Positions 49,083 to 57,786 of a stretch of 64,000 bases of DNA are shown here, piece by piece. Below the pieces are notes generated by a model that was given only the letters and a program-made list of their open reading frames with translations, made no database searches and was not told the DNA's origin. The DNA is from an uncultured Rhodobacteraceae bacterium. GTDB lineage: Bacteria > Pseudomonadota > Alphaproteobacteria > Rhodobacterales > Rhodobacteraceae. Location: contig CAJWHE010000006.1 of assembly GCA_913041145.1 (NCBI GenBank), forward strand, positions 6,176 to 70,175. The letters run 5' to 3'. Made by a program: the position numbers and the translations under genes. Each line of letters opens with the position of its first letter. The stretch's first letter is position 1.

Positions 49083-50090
49083 ATGTTATCATTTACCATT
49101 CGCAGACTGATAATAATGATACCGACCTTATTACTAATCAGCTTAGTTATTTTTTTACTGTTGGAGTTAGCCCCAGGGGATCCAATGGCTCAAATTCCGC
49201 TTACAGTACCACCAGAGGTTAAACAGCAAATGCGGTTAGCCCTCGGGCTTGGTGAACCCATGCATATTCGATATTGGAAATGGATTGTTCAATTTTTTTG
49301 GTTAGAGCCTCAGGTTCTGATTGATTATTATTTCGGCAGTAGTTTTTCAGAAGGAAAACTCAGAGTCATAAGCTGGCAAACTCGTGGTCCGGTAATGGAT
49401 CTTGTTGTTCAGCGGTTGCCTCAAACCGTTTGGGTTGTTGGTATGTCTTATATTGTAGGGGTCGTAATTGCTTTACCAATTGGGATATATTCTGCTTATA
49501 AACAATATTCAATTTTTGATCAGACAGGTACATTCATTTCTATGATTGGTTACTCAGTACCACCTTTCTTCTCTGGCGTACTAGTAATTGTTATTTTTTC
49601 CGTAACCCTTGGTTGGTTCCCGTCAATATATGATACAACTTTAGTTGTTGATAGTTGGGACAACTTTGTTTTGCAGCTTAAGCAGATGATTATGCCAGTA
49701 ATGGTATTGGCCCTACAAACGACTGCACAGCTAAGTCGTTTTATGAGAGCATCGATGTTAGACAACTTAAATCAAGATTATGTTAGAACTGCTCGAGCAA
49801 AGGGATTAGGAGAGAGCGTAGTGGTAATGGTACATGTGTTACGTAATTCAATGATCCCTGTGGTAACGGTAATAGCGCTTGGTGTTCCTTCTGTATTTGG
49901 TGGAGCAATTATTACAGAGCAGGTATTTAGGGTAAATGGAATAGGTCAATTATTGATAACTGCTATTCAGGCAACTGACTTACCACTTGTGCAGACATTA
50001 ACTTTTATGTTTGCTATTTTAATAGTTATTTTTAATCTTATTGCTGATGTTCTTTACGGCATACTAGATCCAAGGATCCGATATGACTAA
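49083..50090 (+). CDS. ABC transporter permease (DppB/OppB-like)
   Basis: 335 aa. FTIRRL N-terminus and the BPD_transp_1 EAA-loop region YVRTARAKGL. Confidence 0.9.
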   Translation: MLSFTIRRLIIMIPTLLLISLVIFLLLELAPGDPMAQIPLTVPPEVKQQMRLALGLGEPMHIRYWKWIVQFFWLEPQVLIDYYFGSSFSEGKLRVISWQTRGPVMDLVVQRLPQTVWVVGMSYIVGVVIALPIGIYSAYKQYSIFDQTGTFISMIGYSVPPFFSGVLVIVIFSVTLGWFPSIYDTTLVVDSWDNFVLQLKQMIMPVMVLALQTTAQLSRFMRASMLDNLNQDYVRTARAKGLGESVVVMVHVLRNSMIPVVTVIALGVPSVFGGAIITEQVFRVNGIGQLLITAIQATDLPLVQTLTFMFAILIVIFNLIADVLYGILDPRIRYD

Positions 50091-50994
50091 TATACCCAGT
50101 GATAATCTTATAAAAAAACCTAGAAGCAGATGGTTTGATGTTTGGGATCAATTTAAATCGCACAAGGGCGCTTTGGTTGGTGGAGTTTTTTTTGTTTTCA
50201 TCATCATGGCAGTTTATCTTATTCCCTTGTTTTGGCCTCATGATGCCACCTACATTGATATTAGGTCTAGAAATCAGGGAGTTAGTTTATGGCATCCGTT
50301 CGGAACAGATCAGCTGGGAAGGGACACTTTTGCTAGGATGATGCAGGGGGGGCAAACCTCGATTGCTGTTGGTCTAACAGCTATGGCTTTATCATTATTC
50401 TTAGGTACATTTGTAGGTGTGATGGCTGGATTTTTTAATAAGCTTGATAACGTTCTCATGAGACTTACGGATTTGTTTTTGGCACTACCTCTTTTACCTC
50501 TTTTATTACTAATGATGTTGCTTTTTAGAGATCCATTGAATGCAGCCTTTGGTCCTGAAAAAGGAATATTTATATTGATTGTTTTAGCAATCGGAATAAC
50601 AAGCTGGATGCCTACCGCTAGAATTGTCAGAGGTGATATCCTCGCGATTAAAGAGCGAGAATTTGTCTTGGCTGCACGATCTATAGGAACCAAAAATAGT
50701 AAATTAATAAGCCGACATATTTTACCTAACGTAGTTTCTCCAATTATGGTGTCAGCAACTCTGGGTATTGCAAATGCAATTATTACTGAGTCGGCTTTAT
50801 CTTTTCTTGGGTTAGGTTTTCCACCTGATTTTCCGACTTGGGGGCGATTGCTCTATGATGCGACAGACTATTTGACAATGTATCCTGAGAGAGTTTTTTG
50901 GCCTGGCTTTGCTATATCCTTGACAGTTTTAAGCGTTAATTATCTCGGTGACGGTCTTAGAGATGCCCTTGATCCTCGAATTAGGGGAAGATAA
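50083..50994 (+). CDS. ABC transporter permease (DppC/OppC-like)
   Basis: 303 aa. GTDQLGRD motif and EAA-loop region EFVLAARSIG. 8-nt overlap with the upstream permease gene. Confidence 0.9.
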   Translation: MTNIPSDNLIKKPRSRWFDVWDQFKSHKGALVGGVFFVFIIMAVYLIPLFWPHDATYIDIRSRNQGVSLWHPFGTDQLGRDTFARMMQGGQTSIAVGLTAMALSLFLGTFVGVMAGFFNKLDNVLMRLTDLFLALPLLPLLLLMMLLFRDPLNAAFGPEKGIFILIVLAIGITSWMPTARIVRGDILAIKEREFVLAARSIGTKNSKLISRHILPNVVSPIMVSATLGIANAIITESALSFLGLGFPPDFPTWGRLLYDATDYLTMYPERVFWPGFAISLTVLSVNYLGDGLRDALDPRIRGR

Positions 50995-51050
50995 TTATTT
51001 TTTATATACTTTGATTTAACAATTTTCAAATAACGAACTGGAGGTTCATC

Positions 51051-52214
51051 ATGGGAATGGAATTAAGTGCGAGAGAAATGATGGAGAAGTTAATATCATT
51101 TCCTTCTGTTTCTAGTGTTAGTAATTTACCTATAATTGATTTCATAGAAGAATATTTAAATTCTCACGGTGTTGAGTGTCATAGAGTTTATAACCCGGCT
51201 GGTGATAAGGCAAATCTTTACGCAAATGCGGGACCTGCAGTAGATGGTGGTGTTATTCTATCAGGTCATACAGATGTTGTGCCTGTTGTAGGTCAAGATT
51301 GGGATACTGATCCATTCAAAGTAGTAGAGAAAGATGGGAAACTTTATGGTCGTGGAACCTGTGATATGAAAGGTTTCGATGCAATAGCTTTAACAGCAGT
51401 CCCAAAGGCTTTAAAGCGAGGTATAAAAAGACCTATTCAAATAGCTATGTCTTATGATGAAGAAGTAGGGTGTATTGGAGCACCTTTTATGGCTGCGGAA
51501 ATGGCAAAACTAATGCCTAAAGCTTCGGCTGCTATTATTGGTGAGCCATCGATGATGAAAGCGGTTTCTGGGCATAAAGGTGGATTAGGGATTAAAACAC
51601 ATGTTAGAGGTTTTGAGGTACATTCATCATTACAGCATATTGGTGTCAGTGCAATTCACGAGGCTGCAAAACTTATAGAGTGGGCCAACCAAATGAATAT
51701 TCAAAATGAATTACTTGATCGAAGTGAGGCAACTTCTATGTTTATCCCTCCTTGGACAACCGTTCATGTTGGCACAATTGAGGGTGGAACTGCAAATAAT
51801 ATCACAGCTAAAGATTGTCACTTTGTGATGGGATTTAGAGTGATCCCAAATGAGAGAGCAACAGACTGGAAACAGGCGTACGAGTCTAAAGTAAGGGAAG
51901 TTGAAGCTGCTATGAAGAAAATCAACCCAGACAGTTTTATAATGTTAGACGCTGCTCACGATGTTCCGGGTTTGAGACCTGAGGATGATGGGACAGCGGA
52001 AGCGTTGGTACGCAAATTAACGGGTGATAATGGGCAGCACGTTGTATCATACGGCACAGAAGCCGGGCAGTTTCAAGCTGAGGGGTACTCCTCTATTATC
52101 TGTGGTCCCGGTGACATAGCCCAAGCTCATCAGAAAAACGAGTTTATTACCTTAGAACAGTTTTCTGCTGGTGAAAATTTTATGGATCAATTAATTGAAA
52201 ATTTAGCAACATAA
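51051..52214 (+). CDS. M20 family metallohydrolase, acetylornithine deacetylase (ArgE)-like
   Basis: 387 aa. LSGHTDVVPV..GQDWDTDPF..DGKLYGRGTCDMKGF matches the ArgE/DapE-type M20A pattern. The substrate here may be a transported compound rather than acetylornithine. Confidence 0.7.
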   Translation: MGMELSAREMMEKLISFPSVSSVSNLPIIDFIEEYLNSHGVECHRVYNPAGDKANLYANAGPAVDGGVILSGHTDVVPVVGQDWDTDPFKVVEKDGKLYGRGTCDMKGFDAIALTAVPKALKRGIKRPIQIAMSYDEEVGCIGAPFMAAEMAKLMPKASAAIIGEPSMMKAVSGHKGGLGIKTHVRGFEVHSSLQHIGVSAIHEAAKLIEWANQMNIQNELLDRSEATSMFIPPWTTVHVGTIEGGTANNITAKDCHFVMGFRVIPNERATDWKQAYESKVREVEAAMKKINPDSFIMLDAAHDVPGLRPEDDGTAEALVRKLTGDNGQHVVSYGTEAGQFQAEGYSSIICGPGDIAQAHQKNEFITLEQFSAGENFMDQLIENLAT

Positions 52215-52243
52215 TTAAAAACTTAATAACAGGAGAGTAAAGA

Positions 52244-53404
52244 ATGCCAGTTAAGAATCGGTTCTCAGAACTTTTACCAGAAATTACTGAGTGGCGACGA
52301 GACCTTCATGAAAACCCTGAGCTTTTGTTTGACACGCCAAGAACCTCGGCTCTTGTTGAAGAGAAACTTAAGGGGTTTGGGTGTGATGAGGTTGTTGGTG
52401 GGATCGGTAGAACTGGTGTAGTAGGTATCATAAAGGGTCAGACCAATAACTCTGGAAAAGTAATTGGTTTACGCGCAGATATGGATGCTCTCCCTATATT
52501 TGAAGCAACTGGCCTAGATTATGCATCAAAAACATCTGGAATCATGCATGCTTGCGGGCACGATGGACACACGGCAATGTTATTGGGTGCCGCTAAATAC
52601 TTATCTGAGACGCGTAACTTTGATGGAACAGTAGTATTGATATTCCAACCCGCTGAAGAAGGTGGAGGTGGAGGCCGAGAGATGTGTGAAGATGGTATGA
52701 TGGATAGATGGGAAATTGATGAGGTTTATGGTATGCATAATTGGCCGGGGCAGCCGGTTGGTAGTTTCGCTATTAGATCTGGCCCATTCTTTGCTGCAAC
52801 GGACACTTTCGAAATTCATTTAATTGGTAAGGGAGGTCACGCTGCAAAACCTCAAGAAACAGTTGATACAACAGTTTTAGCCTCTCATTTGGTGTTAGCG
52901 CTTCAGACTATTGCATCCAGAAATGTTGATCCTACCGAACAAGTTGTTGTTTCGGTTACTTCTATTGAGTCCGAAAGTAAGGCATTTAACGTTATTCCCG
53001 AGCATGTGTTCTTGAAGGGAACAATACGTACAATGTCTGCAGATGTAAGAAGTTTAGCTGAGAAACGGTTAAAGGAAATATCAACATCTGTTGCTAACAT
53101 GTTCGGCGGTCAAGCTGATATTAAGTTTAATCGAGGTTACCCCGTCATGACAAACTCTGAAGAGCAAACACAATTTGCTGCAACAGTGGCCGCATCAGTT
53201 TATGGCTCTTGTGAGGATGCTCCATTGGTTATGGGGGGAGAGGACTTTTCTTATATGCTTAATGAGAGACCTGGGGCATATATTTTAGTTGGTAATGGAG
53301 ATACCGCAGCTTGCCATCATCCAGAGTATAATTTTTCAGATGACGCTATTCCTTCTGGATGTAGCTTTTGGGCTGAGATTATAGAAAAAAGATTGCCACG
53401 TTAA
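52244..53404 (+). CDS. M20D family amidohydrolase (hippurate hydrolase / N-acyl-L-amino-acid amidohydrolase-like)
   Basis: 386 aa. WRRDLHENPEL, RADMDALP, HACGHDGH, QPAEEGGGG and GEDFSY motifs are typical of M20D aminoacylases. Confidence 0.85.
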   Translation: MPVKNRFSELLPEITEWRRDLHENPELLFDTPRTSALVEEKLKGFGCDEVVGGIGRTGVVGIIKGQTNNSGKVIGLRADMDALPIFEATGLDYASKTSGIMHACGHDGHTAMLLGAAKYLSETRNFDGTVVLIFQPAEEGGGGGREMCEDGMMDRWEIDEVYGMHNWPGQPVGSFAIRSGPFFAATDTFEIHLIGKGGHAAKPQETVDTTVLASHLVLALQTIASRNVDPTEQVVVSVTSIESESKAFNVIPEHVFLKGTIRTMSADVRSLAEKRLKEISTSVANMFGGQADIKFNRGYPVMTNSEEQTQFAATVAASVYGSCEDAPLVMGGEDFSYMLNERPGAYILVGNGDTAACHHPEYNFSDDAIPSGCSFWAEIIEKRLPR

Positions 53405-53442
53405 AATTAATATAAGCTTCTAAGGTTTATTTTTACTATAAT

Positions 53443-54162
53443 TTAAGTAGCTTTAGGGCAGTTTAATTGGTCAGCCAAATCTATAAAGCTATTACTAATA
53501 TAGTCCCAATTACTTTCAGATTTTAAATCTGAAGATTGATTTACACCGTGTTCAGTTTCCCTTTTAACAAATGCTGTTCGCATGCCTTGAATTCGTGCTG
53601 CTTCTAAATCGCTGTTATGTGCTGCAACCATCATACATTGGTTTGGTTTTAAGCCTAGCATTTGGCAAGCTACTGTATAAGCCTCTGGCTTAGGCTTATA
53701 GTGTTTAACAACTTCTGCTCCTAACACCATATCCCATGGTAAGTCAGAATTTTTAGCCATATTAACTATAAGTGCAATATTCCCATTTGATTGGGTTGCT
53801 ATAATAAATTTTTTCTTTAACCTCTTTAGACCATTGGAGCTATCAGGCCATCCAGGTAGTCTATGCCATGCTTTTACCAGATTGTGGTCATCATCTATGG
53901 ACATTTCTGTTAACCCATAGATTTTCTTAATTTCCTGAAGGTTCTCATGATGCAAAATATCTAATATAGTGAAGTCACGTTTCCCAGACCTCACTTCTTC
54001 CATTGCTGGTTGATATCTAATTCTCCATGCATCAGCAAATTCAAAAAAATCTATATCCTTGTTGTACTTTTTTAGAATATCACGGGCAGAAGAGGCAATA
54101 CCAGTTCTCCAATCTACCACGGTTCCAAAAACATCAAATAAAAGTGCTTTAATTTCCGACAT
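53443..54162 (-). CDS. HAD-superfamily hydrolase, haloacid dehalogenase type II-like
   Basis: 239 aa. DVFGTVVDW motif I, T/S motif II region and a C-terminal AAHNSDLEAA pattern. Confidence 0.6.
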   Translation of the reverse strand: MSEIKALLFDVFGTVVDWRTGIASSARDILKKYNKDIDFFEFADAWRIRYQPAMEEVRSGKRDFTILDILHHENLQEIKKIYGLTEMSIDDDHNLVKAWHRLPGWPDSSNGLKRLKKKFIIATQSNGNIALIVNMAKNSDLPWDMVLGAEVVKHYKPKPEAYTVACQMLGLKPNQCMMVAAHNSDLEAARIQGMRTAFVKRETEHGVNQSSDLKSESNWDYISNSFIDLADQLNCPKAT

Positions 54163-54199
54163 TTAGTACCTTTTATGAAAATACAAGATTAATTAAATT

Positions 54200-55258
54200 T
54201 TAACCGCCAGTATGGCTCATGTGGCGTGTCATTTGTCCCTTAACTTTTGTTCGAGAGTAATTAAAGTCGTGCCCTTTTGGTTTGAGACCGATTGCTTTTC
54301 TTATAGCGTTATTTAGTATTTCAGGATCTGAGGAATTTCGGAGTGGTGCTCTGAGGTCTGACTTTCCTTCCTGACCGAGGCAGGTAAAAATTTCTCCAGT
54401 GCAAGTTACTCTAACTCTATTACAGCTTTCACAAAAATTATGACTTAAGGGAGTGATTAGACCAATTTTTTGCCCAGTCTCTTCGACTCTGAAATACCTT
54501 GCTGGTCCACCGGTATTCTCATTAAGATCGGTAACATTGAAACGCTTAGAAATTGTAGCTTTTAAATCCTTTAGAGACCAGTACTGATCTAGACGGTTCT
54601 CATTTCCAATATCTCCCATTGGCATAACTTCAATAAATGTAAGACCCATGCCCCTAGTAGAGCACCAAACCATTATTTCGAATAATTCAGAATCATTGAA
54701 ATCTTTGAGCGCTACAACATTAATTTTTACTTTCAAACCTGCATTCTGAGCGGCATCAATACCTCGCAATACCTGTGGTAACCGTCCCCATCTAGTTATG
54801 GTTGCAAATTTTTCCTCGTTTAAGGTATCTAATGAAATATTCACTCTTCTTACACCGGCCAGATAAAGATTTTTTGCATGTTTTTCAAGTTGCGACCCAT
54901 TTGTGGTTACCGTGAGCTCCTCAAGCTTACCAGAATCTAAATGTCTACCTACGCTCTCAAAGAAAGACATTATATCCCTTCGAACAAGGGGCTCTCCGCC
55001 AGTAATACGGAGCTTTTTCACTCCTAGGTTGATAAAAGCAGTGGATAGTTTATCTAACTCTTCTAAAGTAAGGAGATCTTTTTTAGGAAGGAACGTCATA
55101 TTTTCTGACATACAGTAGAGACACCTAAAGTCGCATCTATCCGTTACAGATAGCCTCAGATAAGAAATTCTTCGTTCGAATGGATCCACTAATATGTTGT
55201 TCATGACAAAATTATTATAGTGATCCATAGGTTTGCACAAGTTCGATATTTGAGGCAT
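54200..55258 (-). CDS. moaA: GTP 3',8-cyclase MoaA (radical SAM, molybdenum cofactor biosynthesis)
   Basis: [17 protein letters not shown] radical-SAM cluster motif, GGEPL, the C-terminal CxxCxRxRxTxxG auxiliary cluster motif ([13 protein letters not shown]), and a GG C-terminus. The start could be an internal Met (MNNILVDPF...). Confidence 0.9.
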   Translation of the reverse strand: MPQISNLCKPMDHYNNFVMNNILVDPFERRISYLRLSVTDRCDFRCLYCMSENMTFLPKKDLLTLEELDKLSTAFINLGVKKLRITGGEPLVRRDIMSFFESVGRHLDSGKLEELTVTTNGSQLEKHAKNLYLAGVRRVNISLDTLNEEKFATITRWGRLPQVLRGIDAAQNAGLKVKINVVALKDFNDSELFEIMVWCSTRGMGLTFIEVMPMGDIGNENRLDQYWSLKDLKATISKRFNVTDLNENTGGPARYFRVEETGQKIGLITPLSHNFCESCNRVRVTCTGEIFTCLGQEGKSDLRAPLRNSSDPEILNNAIRKAIGLKPKGHDFNYSRTKVKGQMTRHMSHTGG

Positions 55259-55453
55259 TTTTTTATTAAGATACGCGGCATTAATTAAAAAAGATTATAA
55301 ATGGGTTTTTACACTATTCGGTTAACACTACATTTTCAAAATTATCTTGTATTAATATTTAAAAGTTTATCCTAAATATAGAGTATGAATGTTTATATTT
55401 GGGGATCGGCTCTCTCCTAAACGATCCGAAATCTTTAAACTGTAGGGCATAGT

Positions 55454-56581
55454 ATGAATTCTATTTGGGCAGCCGGGTTAATGTCAGGAACTTCTCTTGA
55501 TGGAACCATAGATGTGGCACTTATAAAAACTGACGGAATTATAGTTGAAAAATTCTCAAGCTTTAAAAGCTATGCTTATTCAGATGAAGTTAGAGAGAGT
55601 ATAAAAGATAGTGTTGAGGCTGCCAGAGAATGGAACTTTAAGGGACAAGAGCCTGAGCTCTTTAAGTTAACAGAAGAGCTTATTACTGTAGCGCAAGCCG
55701 ATGCCCTGCATGATTTAATACAGGACTCTCCAATAGACAAAGAGGAGTTGGGTGTTGTCGGGTTTCATGGGCAGACCATTTTACATAAGCCCCCAAGTGA
55801 CTTAAAAAAGGGGAGGACACGTCAGCTTGGAAACGGTTCCTTAATGTCTGAGATATTGAAAACTAAAGTGGTTTATGATTTTCGATCTGCAGACATGTTG
55901 GTTGGTGGACATGGGGCGCCGTTATGCCCGTCATACCATCGAGCTTTATTAGCAAGGTTAATTAATAAAGATGAAACTGCAGTACTTAATTTGGGTGGTA
56001 TAGGAAATATAACCTGGTGTTATACTGGCGAAGATTTAATTGCCTTTGATACAGGCCCTGCCAGTGCGCCAATTAATGACCTCGTCGCACATTTCGGTTT
56101 AGGGGATATGGATAGAGATGGGCTTCTAGCTTCAAAAGGCGTTGTAAATAAAGTTCTTTTAAATGATTTTTTGAACAATCCTTACTTTGATAAAAAGTAC
56201 CCTAAATCGTTAGATCGCTATGACTTTAGTAATGAAAAAATCCTTAGTCTTTCTGTGGAAGATGGGGCTGCCACTTTAACACGCCTTTGTGCTGAGAGTG
56301 TTTCCAAAGCACTTAATATTTTACCAAGAAGACCCAAAAACCTTATTATTTGCGGTGGTGGGCGCCATAACCCTGTGCTGCTTCAGGAAATAAAGGAAAT
56401 TGCGGATATTGAGGTTTTTCAAGCCGAAGAATTTGGTTGGCGTGGTGATGCTATAGAAGCAGAATGTTTTGGTTTTTTGGCAGTACGCTCAATTAATGAT
56501 CTACCTATAAGCTTTCCACTGACCACTGGTGTTAATAGGGAAATGTCTGGTGGACAAGTATGTAATCCAAAAAAAAATTAA
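55454..56581 (+). CDS. anmK: Anhydro-N-acetylmuramic acid kinase
   Basis: 375 aa. GLMSGTSLDG N-terminus, GFHGQT, LNLGGIGN and CGGG motifs. Confidence 0.9.
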   Translation: MNSIWAAGLMSGTSLDGTIDVALIKTDGIIVEKFSSFKSYAYSDEVRESIKDSVEAAREWNFKGQEPELFKLTEELITVAQADALHDLIQDSPIDKEELGVVGFHGQTILHKPPSDLKKGRTRQLGNGSLMSEILKTKVVYDFRSADMLVGGHGAPLCPSYHRALLARLINKDETAVLNLGGIGNITWCYTGEDLIAFDTGPASAPINDLVAHFGLGDMDRDGLLASKGVVNKVLLNDFLNNPYFDKKYPKSLDRYDFSNEKILSLSVEDGAATLTRLCAESVSKALNILPRRPKNLIICGGGRHNPVLLQEIKEIADIEVFQAEEFGWRGDAIEAECFGFLAVRSINDLPISFPLTTGVNREMSGGQVCNPKKN

Positions 56582-56583
56582 CA

Positions 56584-57591
56584 TCATTTCAGTTTAATTT
56601 TAACTTGTTTTTCTGTTAGTCTTTTGGCTCTACTTTGAAGTTTTGCAGCCAAATTAAAGCCAACTCCAGGCTTGCTCCATGGACACACTGCAATACATAT
56701 TGCACATCCTTGATGTTCATTAAAAAACGGTATGCATTTGTCAAAGTCGACGTACCATTTTTTTATACCACGAACTATTTTTTTTTCCTTAAAAATAGCC
56801 TCAGGGGGGCAAGCGTCCTCGCATATTCGGCATTTTGAACAAAAATCATCTACTTTATGGTCTTGTTTGCTAGATAAGGGTATTGGGGCATTAGTTAGAA
56901 TAGCTGATAATCTAAAGCTAGACCCAAACTCTGGATTAATGATAGATCCATGTTTTCCTAATTCACCGAACCCAGCCTCGATAGCTGCGGGGACCATAGT
57001 TATTTTGCCTGACATTGGCCCTGTTAGGGGCTCTGAGTCCCAACCTAATTTCCGAAGCCAATTTGCAATATTTTTTGCACCAGACGCAGCTCTAGAATAT
57101 TGACGCATAACCTCGACGCCAGCCGTCGTTTTTGGAGCTTCGCTAATATTCTTATACTCGTGTTGAAATCCGAGTAATATTATATTTTCATAATTTATGT
57201 TCACGCCTTCAAAAGCCCAATCTGAATTAAATTTAGTACTTCCGATTTTATCAAAAATCTTTTCATTCTTAAACGATGCTAGGTTCTTACTCCAATTCTT
57301 ATCAGACCATTTCACTTTAGTTTGATTGATAGCTTCTAACGGTTGATTTAAAGTTTTTTGTCGCTTCTCTCTTTCTTTAGAAAAACCTGGATCTTTAGGA
57401 TCGACAGTATAAAACCATTTTTGCAAATCACCATATATGATATCATTAGGGTCATTGCCCCAGTACACATAGCTTGGTCTCCTGAAGTTTTTTTCATAGA
57501 GTCCATTTATTGAGTTCCCAGAAATGTCTGGCATTTTTGCCATTTGTTCAGGATTAGGAGTGAACGGTCTGTAGCTGTTAATTTTTGGCAT
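56584..57591 (-). CDS. 4Fe-4S dicluster protein of the QueG / reductive-dehalogenase (RdhA) superfamily; not a canonical QueG
   Basis: 335 aa. AGFGELGKHGSIINPEFGSSFRLSAILTN parallels the AGLGWIGKN..LI.P.FGS core shared by QueG and RdhA. Two ferredoxin-type motifs follow: CSKCRICEDACP and CAICIAVCPW. The N-terminal half is unlike the QueG I remember. Confidence 0.55.
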   Translation of the reverse strand: MPKINSYRPFTPNPEQMAKMPDISGNSINGLYEKNFRRPSYVYWGNDPNDIIYGDLQKWFYTVDPKDPGFSKEREKRQKTLNQPLEAINQTKVKWSDKNWSKNLASFKNEKIFDKIGSTKFNSDWAFEGVNINYENIILLGFQHEYKNISEAPKTTAGVEVMRQYSRAASGAKNIANWLRKLGWDSEPLTGPMSGKITMVPAAIEAGFGELGKHGSIINPEFGSSFRLSAILTNAPIPLSSKQDHKVDDFCSKCRICEDACPPEAIFKEKKIVRGIKKWYVDFDKCIPFFNEHQGCAICIAVCPWSKPGVGFNLAAKLQSRAKRLTEKQVKIKLK

Positions 57592-57786
57592 ATTTTGTCA
57601 TAATAAATTATACACTCTTTAATTTAACCCTTTAAAAAGAAATATTGATTTTTTTGTTAATTTATTAAGTAGGTTTAATAACTTTAGCCATAAAGATTTT
57701 ATCCAGATTTGTATTTACACTGATAAAAAATATCTGCATTGTCTAGCTGAATTTAAAACTATTCACGTATTTTTAAGGATAATCTT

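Noticed and set aside
55259-55453. Moco riboswitch upstream of moaA, and the hairpin GGATCG-13 nt-CGATCC at 55403-55427.
   Set aside because: The hairpin is isolated, and I could not identify the multi-stem Moco motif on the minus strand. The spacer is shared with divergent anmK and probably holds only promoters. This is unverified without a covariance-model search.
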